64,000 nt of DNA from an uncultured Candidatus Binatia bacterium (lineage in GTDB: Bacteria; Desulfobacterota; Binatia; UBA9968; JAJDTQ01), in assembly GCA_965242525.1 (NCBI GenBank), contig OZ251459.1, forward strand, positions 2,336,001 through 2,400,000. Direction: 5' to 3'. The notes under the pieces are model-generated. The model was not told the origin of the DNA, did not search any database, and saw nothing but the letters and a program-made list of their open reading frames with translations. The first letter of the stretch is position 1; each line of letters begins with the position of its first letter. This document shows, piece after piece, positions 1 to 10,222 of the stretch. A program made the position numbers and the translations under genes.

Positions 1-3000
1 CCTGCGGCAGGGGCTCCGCGGCAAGACCGCGCATGGGTCCCGCGGAACCCGTGGCCGCGGGGGTCACGGTCTCCTCCACCAGGAGGTCCCGGGAGATGAG
101 CAGCGTCTCGGTGGTGAATATCTGCGGGATGGTCCTCGGGTCCACGGTGGCGTAGCTCCTGCCGCTGCCGCCCTTGGCGAGCCGGGCCATGAAGCGCCGG
201 TCGGCGTCGCCGCCGATGGACACGGTGGACACGGTGACCCGTTCCCCGGCCATGCGCCGCACCTGCTCCTCCAGCGCCCCCTTCTCGGTGAGCCCGTCCG
301 ACAGCACCAGCACGTGCTTGATGGCAGCCTCCTTGGCCGAGAGCGCCCGGCCGCCCTCCACCATGGCCTTGAGCAGGTCGGTGCCCCCGTCGGAACTCAG
401 GCGCGCCACGTCCTCGGCGATGCTCGCGCCGTCTCCCGCGGCCCGGAAGGGGACCACCCACTGCCAGTTGGAATCGAAGGCCAGGATGCCCACTTCGTCG
501 GTGGGGTTGAGGAGCTCGGCCGACGCCATGGTGGCCGCCTTGGCCAGGTCCAGCTTGGTGGTCCCGGAGGGGCCGCCCCCCATGCTGCCGGACTTGTCCA
601 CCACGAAGAGCAGCGCCACGTGCGGCATCTCCATGCGCACCGGGGGGCGCATCTCCACCGGCAGCGTCCGTTCCAGCGGCGTCCGGTAGTAGCCGCCGGC
701 GCCGTAGCTCCGGGTCCCGCCCAACACGATGAGTCCGCCCCCGAGGTCGCGCACGAACCGTTCGACCCGCTCCATCTTCACTTGCGAGAGCCGGTAGGCG
801 GGCACGTTGTCCAGGACCAACAGGTCGAATCCCGTCAGCTCGGGCAGGGTCAGGTTGGCCCGATCCGGGGTCTTCTCCACCACCTCGTACCCCTGGACCT
901 GCAACGCTTCGGCCATGAAACGCCGGGGCGCGTCCGCGGCATGGAGGTAGAGGACCCGGGACGGCCCCTCGACGCTCACGATGCCCTGCAGCAGGTTGTT
1001 CTCCGCCAGCACGTCCGCGGCCGCGTCCACCACCAGCTCGTAGGTGTGGGCGCCCCGCTGCTCCACGCTGTCGGCGAAACTCAGGCGGTTGGCGCCGGGG
1101 GCCAGTTCCGTCCGCAGGGAACGGATCACGCGCCCGTCCCGCAGCAGGGTGACGCCCGCGGACGACTCCCGGGCGCTGTTCAAGGCGGCCTCGATCTCGA
1201 AGGTCTCGCCGCTGTCCACCACCGAGGGCACGGAGAACTCGGACAGATAGACCTCGTTCCTCCCCGCGGCAAGGCTCACCGGGTACGACCACACCGCCAC
1301 GCCGTGGGACCGGAGCAGGGGCAGCACCCGCTCCACCGAACCCCGGTTCTCGTTGGCGTCGGACACCAGCAGTATCCGGTTCTCGCGCTCCTCGCTCAAC
1401 TCTCCCAGCGCTCCCTGGAGGGCCGCGCCCAGGTCGGTGGCGTCGCGCTCCGGCGGCGGCGAGAGCCCGCCCGCGGGAAGCTCCCGGGTGGGCGGGAACT
1501 CCCATTGGGGACGGCGCGCGAAGGAGAAGAGGCCCAGGCGCACGTTGGGACCCGTGAGGCCCCGGGCGCGCTCCAGCACGTCCGCCGCCCGGGCCCGGGC
1601 TTCCTCTCCCACGCTGTGGGACAGGTCCACCGCCATCACCACGTCCAGCTCGGGGTCCTCGGCGAGGATGCGCGGGTTGGCCAGGGCCACCAGCAGCAGG
1701 GCCAGGGCGGGCGCCCGCAGCCACAGGGGGTAGAGCGACCCCCGGGCGCGGCACACCATCACGGCCTCGGCGAGCAGGAGGACCAGGGCCAGACCCAGCA
1801 GCGCCGGCCACAGGGGGAGGCGGGCGTCCCCCACCTCCGCCGGGGCCGGCTCCGAGTCCGCGGCCGCGGCGGCCTCCGGGCGGTAGGAGGGGCGGATGCG
1901 CGACTCTTCCTCGCTGAACAGGTTGACCGCGAACTCGCCTTCCCGGCGCTCGCCCCGGAACTGGTAGAAACCCACCTCATGGGTCTCGGCATAGACTCCC
2001 GCGCGCTCCCGGGTGCGGACCGGGCGGCTCGCGCCGGACGGGTTGACGAAGACCAGTCGCTCCTCTTCCACTCCCACGTCGGCCACGAAAGGCAGGCCCG
2101 CGGCCACCTGGCGGGCAGGGAACTCCCGGGCCGTGGGCCGGAACCAGGAGAAGGCGTTGCGCACCAGCAGCGGGAACGACACCCGGAAGGGGAGGTCCGA
2201 CCGGGTGAGGTCGAAGGCGAACACCAGCGCCTTGAGATCCCCCGACTCCACCGCATGGACCAGCGGTCCCCGCTCGGACCGGGCCAGGGTCACGCCGCTA
2301 TCGGCCACCAGCTCCAGCGCGTCCCGGACGTGGAGTCCGTCCAGCCGCACTCCCGCGGCCAGGGGATGGTCCGCGCCCCCGGACACCCGCGCCGGGCCCG
2401 GGGTGCTCCCGGCCACCCGCAGGGGCAGCCCCGGGGCCACCGTGCGCACCAAAATGAAGTTGCCGCTGGCGAGGGGCGGGGACGGCACCCGGTCCAGTAT
2501 CACCACGTCGTAGGCCGCCACCTGCTCGCTCACCCGGTCCACCGGGATGCGGTCGATGCGGGCCAGGGTCACGTGCGGGAAATACCGCAACAGGCGCTCC
2601 AAGTAGGGGTTGCCCGGGCCTGCGTACAGCACCCGGGTGGGGCGCTCGTCCGGGAAAGCCAGGAACGCGCGGTTGTCGGTGCGCAGGTGGTCGTCGATGG
2701 CCAGGAGCGCGGTGGCGCGCCCGCGCAGGGGTCCGGGGACGCCGTAGATGCGCACCTGCCGGGCGAAGGGGTCCAGGGACAGCAGCGTCCGGCTCACCAC
2801 CCGGTCGGACACCGTGACGATGAGGGGCGCGTGCACCGGCCGCTCGGTGAAGTTCTGCACCACCACCATGGCCTCGTACTCGTCGGCCCCGCCGGGCGCC
2901 CGGCGGAACTGGAAGCCCAGGATGCCCACGTTGTCGGCGCCGCCCCCGACCTGCACCAGGTCGAGGTAGGACGCCCCCCACGGAAGTTCCTCCACGCCCT

Positions 3001-3592
3001 CGAAGGCGCCGTCGGTGATGACCGCCACCCGGTTGGCCCCCCGGCGCTTGAGGAACGTGTGGGCCAGCAGCACCGCTTCCTTGACCGGCGCCTCGGCGTC
3101 GGTGGCGGCCAAGCGCTCGGCCGCGGCCCTGAGCTGCCCCCGGTCCCGGGTGAATGGCTGGACCACCCGGGGCTCCGCGGCCGCCCCGACGATCATCATC
3201 CGGTCGTTGGCGTCCAGGGCGTCGATGCGTCGGAGCAGCGCGGCCCGGGCCGCGTCCCAACGGGAGCCCGACTCCCCCGCGGCCTTCATGCTGGCGCTCT
3301 GGTCCACCACCGCCACCACGTCCCGGCCGGCGCTGCCCACTCCCAGGAGCGCGGGGCCGGCCAGGGCGGCCGCCAGGGCGAGGGCGGCCAGGAGTTGCAG
3401 GAGCAGCGGCAGGTTGCGCGGCCAGAGCCGGCCGAGCCGCCGGCCCACGGGCCGTTCCCGCAGCGCCTTCTCCAGCAGGAACAGCGCGGTGACCGGGAAC
3501 CGGGGGCCCCTGGGCCGGAGGCTGTTGAGCAGCAGGATGAGCGGGACCGCTCCCAGCAGGAAGAGGAAGGCCGCGGGAAAGAGCCACAGCAC
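1..3592 (-). CDS. Large BatA/VWA membrane protein with three VWA (MIDAS) domains and a GATase1-like region; runs off the window edge
   Basis: Read by hand: GTG at 3592, MLWLFPAAFLFLLGAVPLILLLNSLRPR (BatA-like N-terminus). The same frame carries VVDQSASMK, AVDLSHSV, YGAGGYYRTPLERTLPV and FVVDKSGSMG. Its absence from the ORF track fits having no stop before position 1. Confidence 0.85.
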   Translation of the reverse strand, partial: MLWLFPAAFLFLLGAVPLILLLNSLRPRGPRFPVTALFLLEKALRERPVGRRLGRLWPRNLPLLLQLLAALALAAALAGPALLGVGSAGRDVVAVVDQSASMKAAGESGSRWDAARAALLRRIDALDANDRMMIVGAAAEPRVVQPFTRDRGQLRAAAERLAATDAEAPVKEAVLLAHTFLKRRGANRVAVITDGAFEGVEELPWGASYLDLVQVGGGADNVGILGFQFRRAPGGADEYEAMVVVQNFTERPVHAPLIVTVSDRVVSRTLLSLDPFARQVRIYGVPGPLRGRATALLAIDDHLRTDNRAFLAFPDERPTRVLYAGPGNPYLERLLRYFPHVTLARIDRIPVDRVSEQVAAYDVVILDRVPSPPLASGNFILVRTVAPGLPLRVAGSTPGPARVSGGADHPLAAGVRLDGLHVRDALELVADSGVTLARSERGPLVHAVESGDLKALVFAFDLTRSDLPFRVSFPLLVRNAFSWFRPTAREFPARQVAAGLPFVADVGVEEERLVFVNPSGASRPVRTRERAGVYAETHEVGFYQFRGERREGEFAVNLFSEEESRIRPSYRPEAAAAADSEPAPAEVGDARLPLWPALLGLALVLLLAEAVMVCRARGSLYPLWLRAPALALLLVALANPRILAEDPELDVVMAVDLSHSVGEEARARAADVLERARGLTGPNVRLGLFSFARRPQWEFPPTRELPAGGLSPPPERDATDLGAALQGALGELSEERENRILLVSDANENRGSVERVLPLLRSHGVAVWSYPVSLAAGRNEVYLSEFSVPSVVDSGETFEIEAALNSARESSAGVTLLRDGRVIRSLRTELAPGANRLSFADSVEQRGAHTYELVVDAAADVLAENNLLQGIVSVEGPSRVLYLHAADAPRRFMAEALQVQGYEVVEKTPDRANLTLPELTGFDLLVLDNVPAYRLSQVKMERVERFVRDLGGGLIVLGGTRSYGAGGYYRTPLERTLPVEMRPPVRMEMPHVALLFVVDKSGSMGGGPSGTTKLDLAKAATMASAELLNPTDEVGILAFDSNWQWVVPFRAAGDGASIAEDVARLSSDGGTDLLKAMVEGGRALSAKEAAIKHVLVLSDGLTEKGALEEQVRRMAGERVTVSTVSIGGDADRRFMARLAKGGSGRSYATVDPRTIPQIFTTETLLISRDLLVEETVTPAATGSAGPMRGLAAEPLPQ

Positions 3593-3596
3593 GGGG

Positions 3597-4484
3597 CTAT
3601 CCTGTGCGCCGGGTCAGGTAGCGCAGCACGAACTCGTCGAACGGGACGTTGCTGGAGGCGCGCCGATATTCCACCGCCCGGCTCTCGCAGGACCGTTCCG
3701 CCGCGGCGAAGAACGCCTCCGCCTCCCGGTGGAACCGGTCCGCCAGGTCCCGGTCGAGGAACACCCGGCGTTCCCGGGCCGTCTCCACGTCCACCAGGGA
3801 GACGTCGCCGCCGGGGTCCAGCCGCGTCTCGTCCTCCCGGAGCACGTGGACCAGCACCACCTCGTGCCGCTTCCGCGTCAGCTCGTCCAGGGCCGCCCGG
3901 CAACCGGCAGGGTCCAGCAGGTCGGTGAACAGCACCACCAGCCCCGGCCTCGGGTAGCGCCGGACGAAGGTCTTCATGGAGGCTTCCAGATGGGTGCGCC
4001 CGGCGCACTGCAAGGCGGCGAGGAAGCCGAACAGGTCCAGCAGGTGGCGCCGGGTGCGCGCCGGCGGCAGGTGCGCCGCGGCGTCCTCGGCGAACCCCAC
4101 CGCGCCTACCCGGTCATGGGTCTTGAGGCCGATGTAGCCCAGGGCCGCGGCCACCCGCTTGGCGAATTCCAGCTTGGCGGGGGCGCCCTCGGCCATGGAA
4201 AGGCTCGTGTCCAGCAGGAGATATACGGTGGTCTCCTCCTCCGCGGTGAACACCTTCAGCAGCAGCCGCTCCAGGCGCCCATACACGTTCCAGTCCACGT
4301 AGCGCAGGTCGTCGCCCCGGCTGTACTTGCGGTAGTCGGAGAACTCCAGGCTGTAGCCCTTGCGGACGGTGGGGTGCTCCCCCCGGGCCATGCCCCATCC
4401 CAGGCGCTTGGCCACCAGCCGGAGCTTGTCCAGCCGGGCCAGGAAGTCGGGCTCCAGGAACCGGTGCGCCGGGGCCTCGGCCAT
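3597..4484 (-). CDS. DUF58 domain protein (MoxR-associated)
   Basis: MAEAPAHRFLEPDFLARL...GYSLEFSDYRKYSRGDDLRYVDWNVYGR...LLDTSLSM; start overlaps the moxR stop. Confidence 0.92.
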   Translation of the reverse strand: MAEAPAHRFLEPDFLARLDKLRLVAKRLGWGMARGEHPTVRKGYSLEFSDYRKYSRGDDLRYVDWNVYGRLERLLLKVFTAEEETTVYLLLDTSLSMAEGAPAKLEFAKRVAAALGYIGLKTHDRVGAVGFAEDAAAHLPPARTRRHLLDLFGFLAALQCAGRTHLEASMKTFVRRYPRPGLVVLFTDLLDPAGCRAALDELTRKRHEVVLVHVLREDETRLDPGGDVSLVDVETARERRVFLDRDLADRFHREAEAFFAAAERSCESRAVEYRRASSNVPFDEFVLRYLTRRTG

Positions 4485-5500
4485 CAGGGCAGGACCTCCG
4501 GCACCTGCTCCACCACATCGGCCACCACCCGTTCCGGGGCCACGCCGGAGGCGTCCGCGGCCAAGTTGAGCAGCAGCCGGTGCCGCAGGCTCGGCATCAG
4601 GTCCCGGCGAACGTCGTCGAACGAGACGTTGGGCCTGCCGGAGAGCAGCGCCCGGGCCTTGGCCGCCAGGATCACCGCCTGCAGGCCCCGGGGGCTGGCG
4701 CCGTACTGCACGTACTTGCGCGCGGTCTCGATGCTGTGCTCGGTCTCGGGATGGGTGGCCCTCACCAGGCGCACCGCGTAGTCCCGCACCGCGCCGGCCA
4801 ACGGCACCGCCCGGACCGCCTCGCGCATCCGCAACACCGACTCCGCGGCCAGCACCTTGGCCAGCCCCCCGGAAGGCGCGGCCGTGGTCAGCTCCGCGAT
4901 CCGCCCCATCTCGTCGTAGGAGGGGTAACGGACCACCAGCTTGAAGAAGAACCGGTCCACCTGGGCTTCCGGCAGCGGGTAGGTGCCCTCCATCTCGATG
5001 GGGTTCTGCGTGGCCAGGACCATGAACGGGCTGCCGATGGAGTGCGCCGCGCCGCCCGCGGTGACGCTCTGGTCCTGCATGGCCTCCAGCAGCGCCGACT
5101 GGGTCTTGGGGGTCGCCCGGTTGATCTCGTCGGCGAGCACGATGTTGGCGAACACCGGCCCCGCCTCGAACTCGAACACCTTCCTTCCCGCGGCGTCCTC
5201 GTTGACCACGTTGGTGCCGGTGATGTCCGCGGGCATCAGGTCGGGAGTGAACTGGATGCGCGAGAAGCTCAGGTCCAGGAGCTCCCCCAGCGAGCGCACC
5301 ATCAGGGTCTTGCCCAGACCCGGCACCCCCTCCAGCAGGCAGTGGCCGCCGCACACCAGCGCGACGAATATGCCCTCGATGAGCTCCTCGTGGCCCACCA
5401 CGGCCTTGCGCATCTCGCCCTTGACTTCCTCGAACGCGCGCCGGGCGCTCGCCATGCGGCGCCGGACCTCTTCGGTGTCGGTGGTTTCTTCCGGGGTCAC
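4484..5500 (-). CDS. moxR: MoxR family AAA+ ATPase
   Basis: Walker A GVPGLGKT, RIQFTPDLMPADITG, LADEINRA, ATQNPIEMEGTYPLPEAQVDRF. Confidence 0.96.
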   Translation of the reverse strand: MTPEETTDTEEVRRRMASARRAFEEVKGEMRKAVVGHEELIEGIFVALVCGGHCLLEGVPGLGKTLMVRSLGELLDLSFSRIQFTPDLMPADITGTNVVNEDAAGRKVFEFEAGPVFANIVLADEINRATPKTQSALLEAMQDQSVTAGGAAHSIGSPFMVLATQNPIEMEGTYPLPEAQVDRFFFKLVVRYPSYDEMGRIAELTTAAPSGGLAKVLAAESVLRMREAVRAVPLAGAVRDYAVRLVRATHPETEHSIETARKYVQYGASPRGLQAVILAAKARALLSGRPNVSFDDVRRDLMPSLRHRLLLNLAADASGVAPERVVADVVEQVPEVLP

Positions 5501-5512
5501 ACAGGCTCCCTG

Positions 5513-6907
5513 CTACGGCCGTTCCCGGGCCACGCCCAGGGAAAGGAAGTAGCTCTTGATGGTTTCCTTGAACTCCGCGGGGATCTCCGCGGTGGAGAGG
5601 TCCGCTTCCGCCTGCCGTCGGTAGCGCACCACCACCGCCTCCTCCGCGGCCTCGCTCTCGCCCGGACGCGCCTCGCCCCGGAAGCCGAAGCCCCGGCTCG
5701 GCCCCTGCCCGACGAGCCCTCGGAGGTGCGCGCGCACCCGGGCCTGGAAGGCCGGGTCGAAGGGCTCCCCTCCGCCCCGTCCGGGCTCGTTGCCGGGCCG
5801 CGGCCCCGGAGCCGTCCCGTCCTCCTCGGGTCCCGCGGGACCGCCCGGGGCGGCCGCCTCCGCGGTGGATTGGTCCGCCGGATCCCCGGGCACGAGATCG
5901 GTGAGGAACTCCCGGGTGGCCGCCAGCGACCTGCGGTCCTGCTCCTCCCTGGCCTCCCGACGGAGACGGTCGAGGAACTCCCGCACTTCCTGCTCGCTCA
6001 TGTCCGCGGAGTCACCGGGAAAGCGGTCCAGGGAGGAAAGGCCCATGGACTCCAGCAGTTCGCTCCTGCTCCGTCCCTCGAACGAGCCCTCCGGCCCGCC
6101 CTCCTCCGAGGGCCGGAGCCGCTCCCTCAGGCCGGCGAGGGCCGCGTCGGACAGGCCCGGCCACTCGACGCCCGAATCGGTGGAGCGCCACCGGGCCATC
6201 TCGTCCAGCACCTCCGCCATGGCGCCCACCGACGCCTGCAAGCTCGATTCGTCCGCGCCGGCCTCGTGCCGGTCGGCGAGCTCGCGCAACGCCCGGGCCG
6301 TGCGCAGGCTCTCGGCCAAGTCCCGGGAGCGCGCCCGCTCACCGAGGTCCCGGGCGTGCTCCCGGACCTCCTGCGCCATCCGCGCCGACGCCGACGACGC
6401 CTCGGGGGCGCCGCCCCGGGGCAGCCACGCCCCCCCGACCGCCAGCAGCGCCAGCAGCGGCGCCGCCCACGCATGCCACGTGAACCGCCGCGGGAGCAAC
6501 GGCCGGAGGTCGGCCCCGGCCAGCCTCTCCGCGGCTTCCTCCACCACCAGGTCCTCTTCCGGTCGGCCTCGTTCCCGCTCCGGGGAGCGGCGCAGGATCT
6601 CCCACGCGGTCAGCGTCCGCTCCCGGAGTTGCAGCGCGTCGTCCACCCGCTTGAGCGAACCCACGAACGCCTGCTCGCGCCAGGGGCGCAGCAGGAACAC
6701 CCCGGCCGCGGCGCCGGCGAACAGGGCCGGCGTCCACCACAACAGGCCGGCGTCCACCGGGAACCAGGGCCGCGCCAGCACCAGCGCCGCGGCCGCAAGC
6801 GCGGTGTAGCAAAGGCTTTCCAGCAGCAGGCGCTCGCGCCGCTTGCGCCGCTCCCACCGGCGCAGACGGTCGAGGTCCTCCCTCAGAACGGACCCGGGGT
6901 CGGTCAC
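5513..6907 (-). CDS. Membrane-anchored coiled-coil protein of the MoxR/VWA operon
   Basis: GTG at 6907 overlaps the upstream stop; N-terminal TM helices, LRERTLTAWE, helical middle, C-terminal IPAEFKETIKSYF. Confidence 0.75.
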   Translation of the reverse strand: MTDPGSVLREDLDRLRRWERRKRRERLLLESLCYTALAAAALVLARPWFPVDAGLLWWTPALFAGAAAGVFLLRPWREQAFVGSLKRVDDALQLRERTLTAWEILRRSPERERGRPEEDLVVEEAAERLAGADLRPLLPRRFTWHAWAAPLLALLAVGGAWLPRGGAPEASSASARMAQEVREHARDLGERARSRDLAESLRTARALRELADRHEAGADESSLQASVGAMAEVLDEMARWRSTDSGVEWPGLSDAALAGLRERLRPSEEGGPEGSFEGRSRSELLESMGLSSLDRFPGDSADMSEQEVREFLDRLRREAREEQDRRSLAATREFLTDLVPGDPADQSTAEAAAPGGPAGPEEDGTAPGPRPGNEPGRGGGEPFDPAFQARVRAHLRGLVGQGPSRGFGFRGEARPGESEAAEEAVVVRYRRQAEADLSTAEIPAEFKETIKSYFLSLGVARERP

Positions 6908-7668
6908 GAGTACCCTTTCCGGACGCGCCGCAAGCCCCTGGCCAGCAACGCCAGCCCCATGGCGAACACCAAGCCCTGGAAGGTCCAGTGGACGAAGGCC
7001 GGGGGCCAGCCCCACCCGGCGGTGGCCGTGGACAGGTCCAGGACGCCGAGATGATAGAGCAGAAACGCCACCGGGTTCAACGTCTGGGCCCACGCCCCGA
7101 AGGCCCCCGAGAGCAGGAAGAAGCAGACGAAGATCCACCGGATGAAGACCCTGCGGCTGTCCGGCTTGCGCTCCCACAGGGTCAGGGCCACGAGGCCCCA
7201 GACGCCGTAGCCCACGGCGTAGAGCAGGAGCAGCGGCAGGGTGGAGGCCATGTCGCGGAGGGGCGACCGGGCGATGGCCCCGGACCAGGCCAGCAGCGGC
7301 GCCGCCAGGGACCACAGGACCAGGGCGTGGACTGCCAGGACGGACAGCAACCCACACCCCACCGCCAGCACCCCCAGCCGCTCCTCCTCCAGCCAGCGCC
7401 GCAGCGGCGAGAAGCGCCAGGCGAGGAATTCGAGGCCGGCGAACCGCAGCGTCAGATAGACGATCAGCAGCAGCACCGCCACCGACGAGAACTTGAAGAG
7501 GAACGCGGGTCCGACCCAGAACTGGGCCTCCCCGGACGGCAGGACCAGGGCCAGGACCTGCAGCGCGCCCAGAACGACCACGTAGAACAGGTAGGAGACG
7601 TACGCATGCCCGTCCCGCCAATAGACCTCCGCGGCCTCCCGGAACACCGGGTTCGACCAGGGGGTCAC
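6904..7668 (-). CDS. ABC-2-type permease-like integral membrane protein
   Basis: GTG at 7668 (GTGA overlap); NPVFRE start followed by about 6 hydrophobic helices. Confidence 0.7.
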   Translation of the reverse strand: MTPWSNPVFREAAEVYWRDGHAYVSYLFYVVVLGALQVLALVLPSGEAQFWVGPAFLFKFSSVAVLLLIVYLTLRFAGLEFLAWRFSPLRRWLEEERLGVLAVGCGLLSVLAVHALVLWSLAAPLLAWSGAIARSPLRDMASTLPLLLLYAVGYGVWGLVALTLWERKPDSRRVFIRWIFVCFFLLSGAFGAWAQTLNPVAFLLYHLGVLDLSTATAGWGWPPAFVHWTFQGLVFAMGLALLARGLRRVRKGYS

Positions 7669-9494
7669 AGGTCCTCCTCCGCGCCGCCCAGCGGAACGGC
7701 GACCCGGAACATGCGGAAGTGGTGCGCCGCGACCCGCGGGTCGTCCACCCGGAGCGCCGGCTCCCCGTCCCGGAACCAGCCCACCACGAAGGCGGTCCCC
7801 GGGTCCGGCGCGCCGCCGTCCGGGGACAAGGCGCGCTGCAGCAGCACGCCGCGCACCGGTTCGTCGAAGCGGACCTCCCGGACCTCGGGGCCTTCCCCTT
7901 CCCCGGACCGGGCCGCGTCCGGGAACGCGGGGACCTCCCGCCGCAGCACGCCTCCGGGCGGCACGTCGCCCAGTTCGTAGCCGCGTCCTTCGACCACCAG
8001 CCAGCATTCCGCGAGGCCCTCGGCGCTCCGGTTGGCGATGCCGATGCGGTAGCGGTCCTGCGTCTGCGCCCAATCCACGCGCACCGAAGAAGGCCGAACC
8101 GAGCGCAACCGGAACAGCGCCGCGCTCCATTCCGCCAGCGGGACCTGGACCCGGTCCCGCGGCCGCCCCTGCCGCAGCACCAGCGAGGCGTCGGACTCCC
8201 TGTCTGCGGCCGGCGCCAAGTCGAGCCGGGTCCAGCCCGGTTCGAGGCCGAAGGAGAAGTCCCGGCGCCGGGTGGCGAAGAGGCCCACGTCGGAGTGCTC
8301 CGACGCGATCTCCGACCACAGGCTCTCCTCCACCACCGTGGAGGAGACCAGAACGCCATCGGGCACGTAACCGCCCCGGTCGAAGTACCAATAGCCGCCG
8401 AGGGCGGAGGCGAGCACGAGCCCCGCCGGCGCAAGCCCCAGGCCGCGCCGGGACGGCCCGCCCGCCTTCCACAGACGGAACCACAGCAGCAGCGACCCCG
8501 CGTAGAGGGCCAGCAGCAACAGCAACGGCCCCACCGGAGAGCGCAGGCTCACGAAGCCGAAGTCCTGGAGCAGCCCGGTGAACTCTTCCTTGCTCCACGC
8601 GTTCCACCGGTCCGATGGCCGGGGCGGGGGCGCGCCCAGCATCTCCTCGAACAACGCCGGCAGGCCCTGCCAGTCCGCCACCGGCGGCCGGCCCACGTCC
8701 AGGGCCAGGTAGGCCACCCTGCCCTGGCCGTGGCTCCGCTCCACCACGATGGGGGTGTCCCCCTCCGCCAGCCGCACCGTGCCGCGGGTCGCCGCGGCCT
8801 GCTGGACCAGGACGTCTTCGAGGGCGCCGCCGAACCGCGCCGACAGGTCCGGGAGCGCCTCCAGCCGCTCCAGGCCCCGGACCTCCACCGGCAGCAGCCC
8901 CGCGGTGGCAGGGTCCCGGTAGAGGGCGAAGTGGACCCCGCCCAGGGCCGCCATGACCCCTCCCGAAGAGAGCCAGCGCTCCAGCGCGCCGCGCTGCCGC
9001 CTCGACAGGCCGCGCAGGGACTGCTCGTAGAGCATCACGCTCCAGACCCCGCCGTAGGCCCGGACGTCCTCCGGGAGCTCGCCCAGGGGCAGGGAGACCA
9101 CGGGCGTCGGCGCCTCCCGGGACAGGGGGATGGCCGGGGCCACGTTGCTCCGGGTCAACAGCAGCACCAGGGGCTGGCCGGTGAACCGCCCCCGCAGGCT
9201 CACGGAGGTCTCATGGGCGCGCCCGGCGCCGGTGAAGCGGAGCCGCAGCGGCTGCGCCACCGAATCGGGATCGACGGTGAGGAAGACGACCTTGCGGGCG
9301 TGGGCCGACAGGAACACGTCCCGACGCTGGAGGAAGGAATAGGGCGGTATGCCGCGGGTGGGTCCGCCCCGGGCCTCTTCCACCTCCAGCACGCCCCGCA
9401 CCGCGGCGCCGGAGTTGACCAGCTCCACCCGCAGCGGCAGCGGCTCGCCAAGGCGGAAGACGCCGCCGAACCCCGGCTGCGCCCGTATCGACAC
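7665..9494 (-). CDS. Exported/membrane protein with GATase-like domain (MoxR operon); true start probably further upstream
   Basis: 609-aa ORF, LERWLSSGGVMAALGG and GQGRVAYLALD motifs, two central TM helices. Confidence 0.75.
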   Translation of the reverse strand: MSIRAQPGFGGVFRLGEPLPLRVELVNSGAAVRGVLEVEEARGGPTRGIPPYSFLQRRDVFLSAHARKVVFLTVDPDSVAQPLRLRFTGAGRAHETSVSLRGRFTGQPLVLLLTRSNVAPAIPLSREAPTPVVSLPLGELPEDVRAYGGVWSVMLYEQSLRGLSRRQRGALERWLSSGGVMAALGGVHFALYRDPATAGLLPVEVRGLERLEALPDLSARFGGALEDVLVQQAAATRGTVRLAEGDTPIVVERSHGQGRVAYLALDVGRPPVADWQGLPALFEEMLGAPPPRPSDRWNAWSKEEFTGLLQDFGFVSLRSPVGPLLLLLALYAGSLLLWFRLWKAGGPSRRGLGLAPAGLVLASALGGYWYFDRGGYVPDGVLVSSTVVEESLWSEIASEHSDVGLFATRRRDFSFGLEPGWTRLDLAPAADRESDASLVLRQGRPRDRVQVPLAEWSAALFRLRSVRPSSVRVDWAQTQDRYRIGIANRSAEGLAECWLVVEGRGYELGDVPPGGVLRREVPAFPDAARSGEGEGPEVREVRFDEPVRGVLLQRALSPDGGAPDPGTAFVVGWFRDGEPALRVDDPRVAAHHFRMFRVAVPLGGAEEDL

Positions 9495-9561
9495 CTCTGC
9501 CCACGAGCAGGCGGGCCACAGGAGCCCCGCGAGAACCGCGGTCCGGAGGATGGCCCTGGGA

Positions 9562-10050
9562 CTATTCCACGAAAGAGACGTCCAGAACCTCGAAGTTCCG
9601 CACGCCCGCAGGCGTGCGCACCTCCACCAGGTCGCCCACGCGCCGACCGATCAGGGACCGCGCCACCGGGGAGCCCAGGGAGATGCGGCCTTCCCGGGGC
9701 TCGGCCTCGTGCTCGCCCACGATCTTGTAAACCACGTTCTCGTCGTTGTCGTCGTCCACCAGCGAGACCGTGGCGCCGAACACCACCTTGTCGCCGGACA
9801 GCCGGGACACGTCGATGACCTGGGCCCGCGCGATCCTGTCCTCGATCTCGCGGATCTGGACGTCGAGCAGGGACTGGCGCTCCTTGGCCGCGTGGAACTC
9901 GGCGTTCTCCGACAGGTCGCCGTGGGCCCGGGCTTCCTCGATGTCGCGGACGTTCCTGGGACGCTCAACGGATTTGAGGCGCTGGAGGTCCTCCAGCAAC
10001 TGTTGGTGCCCCCGCGCCGTCATGGGCACGGGGCCGTCGTTGTCTGCCAT
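9562..10050 (-). CDS. greA: Transcription elongation factor GreA
   Basis: ARAHGDLSENAEFHAAKE, YKIVGEHEA, ISLGSPVARSLIG. Confidence 0.97.
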   Translation of the reverse strand: MADNDGPVPMTARGHQQLLEDLQRLKSVERPRNVRDIEEARAHGDLSENAEFHAAKERQSLLDVQIREIEDRIARAQVIDVSRLSGDKVVFGATVSLVDDDNDENVVYKIVGEHEAEPREGRISLGSPVARSLIGRRVGDLVEVRTPAGVRNFEVLDVSFVE

Positions 10051-10222
10051 CTGGCTGCACCTCTGGATAGTGTCCGAACGAGCCGGCAGAATGCGGCCCG
10101 CTCGCGGGTTTTCGGCCCCGGGGGAGTGTAGCACCCGCCCGCGGGAATGCAAGGAACGGTTCGGCGCAAGGGGGAGGCCGCCGGGGAGAAGGAGGACGGA
10201 GGGGGCTGGGAGGAGGGGGGCT

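Noticed and set aside
314-3928. 1204-aa plus-strand ORF
   Set aside because: Antisense shadow of the VWA gene in GC-rich DNA; no motifs.
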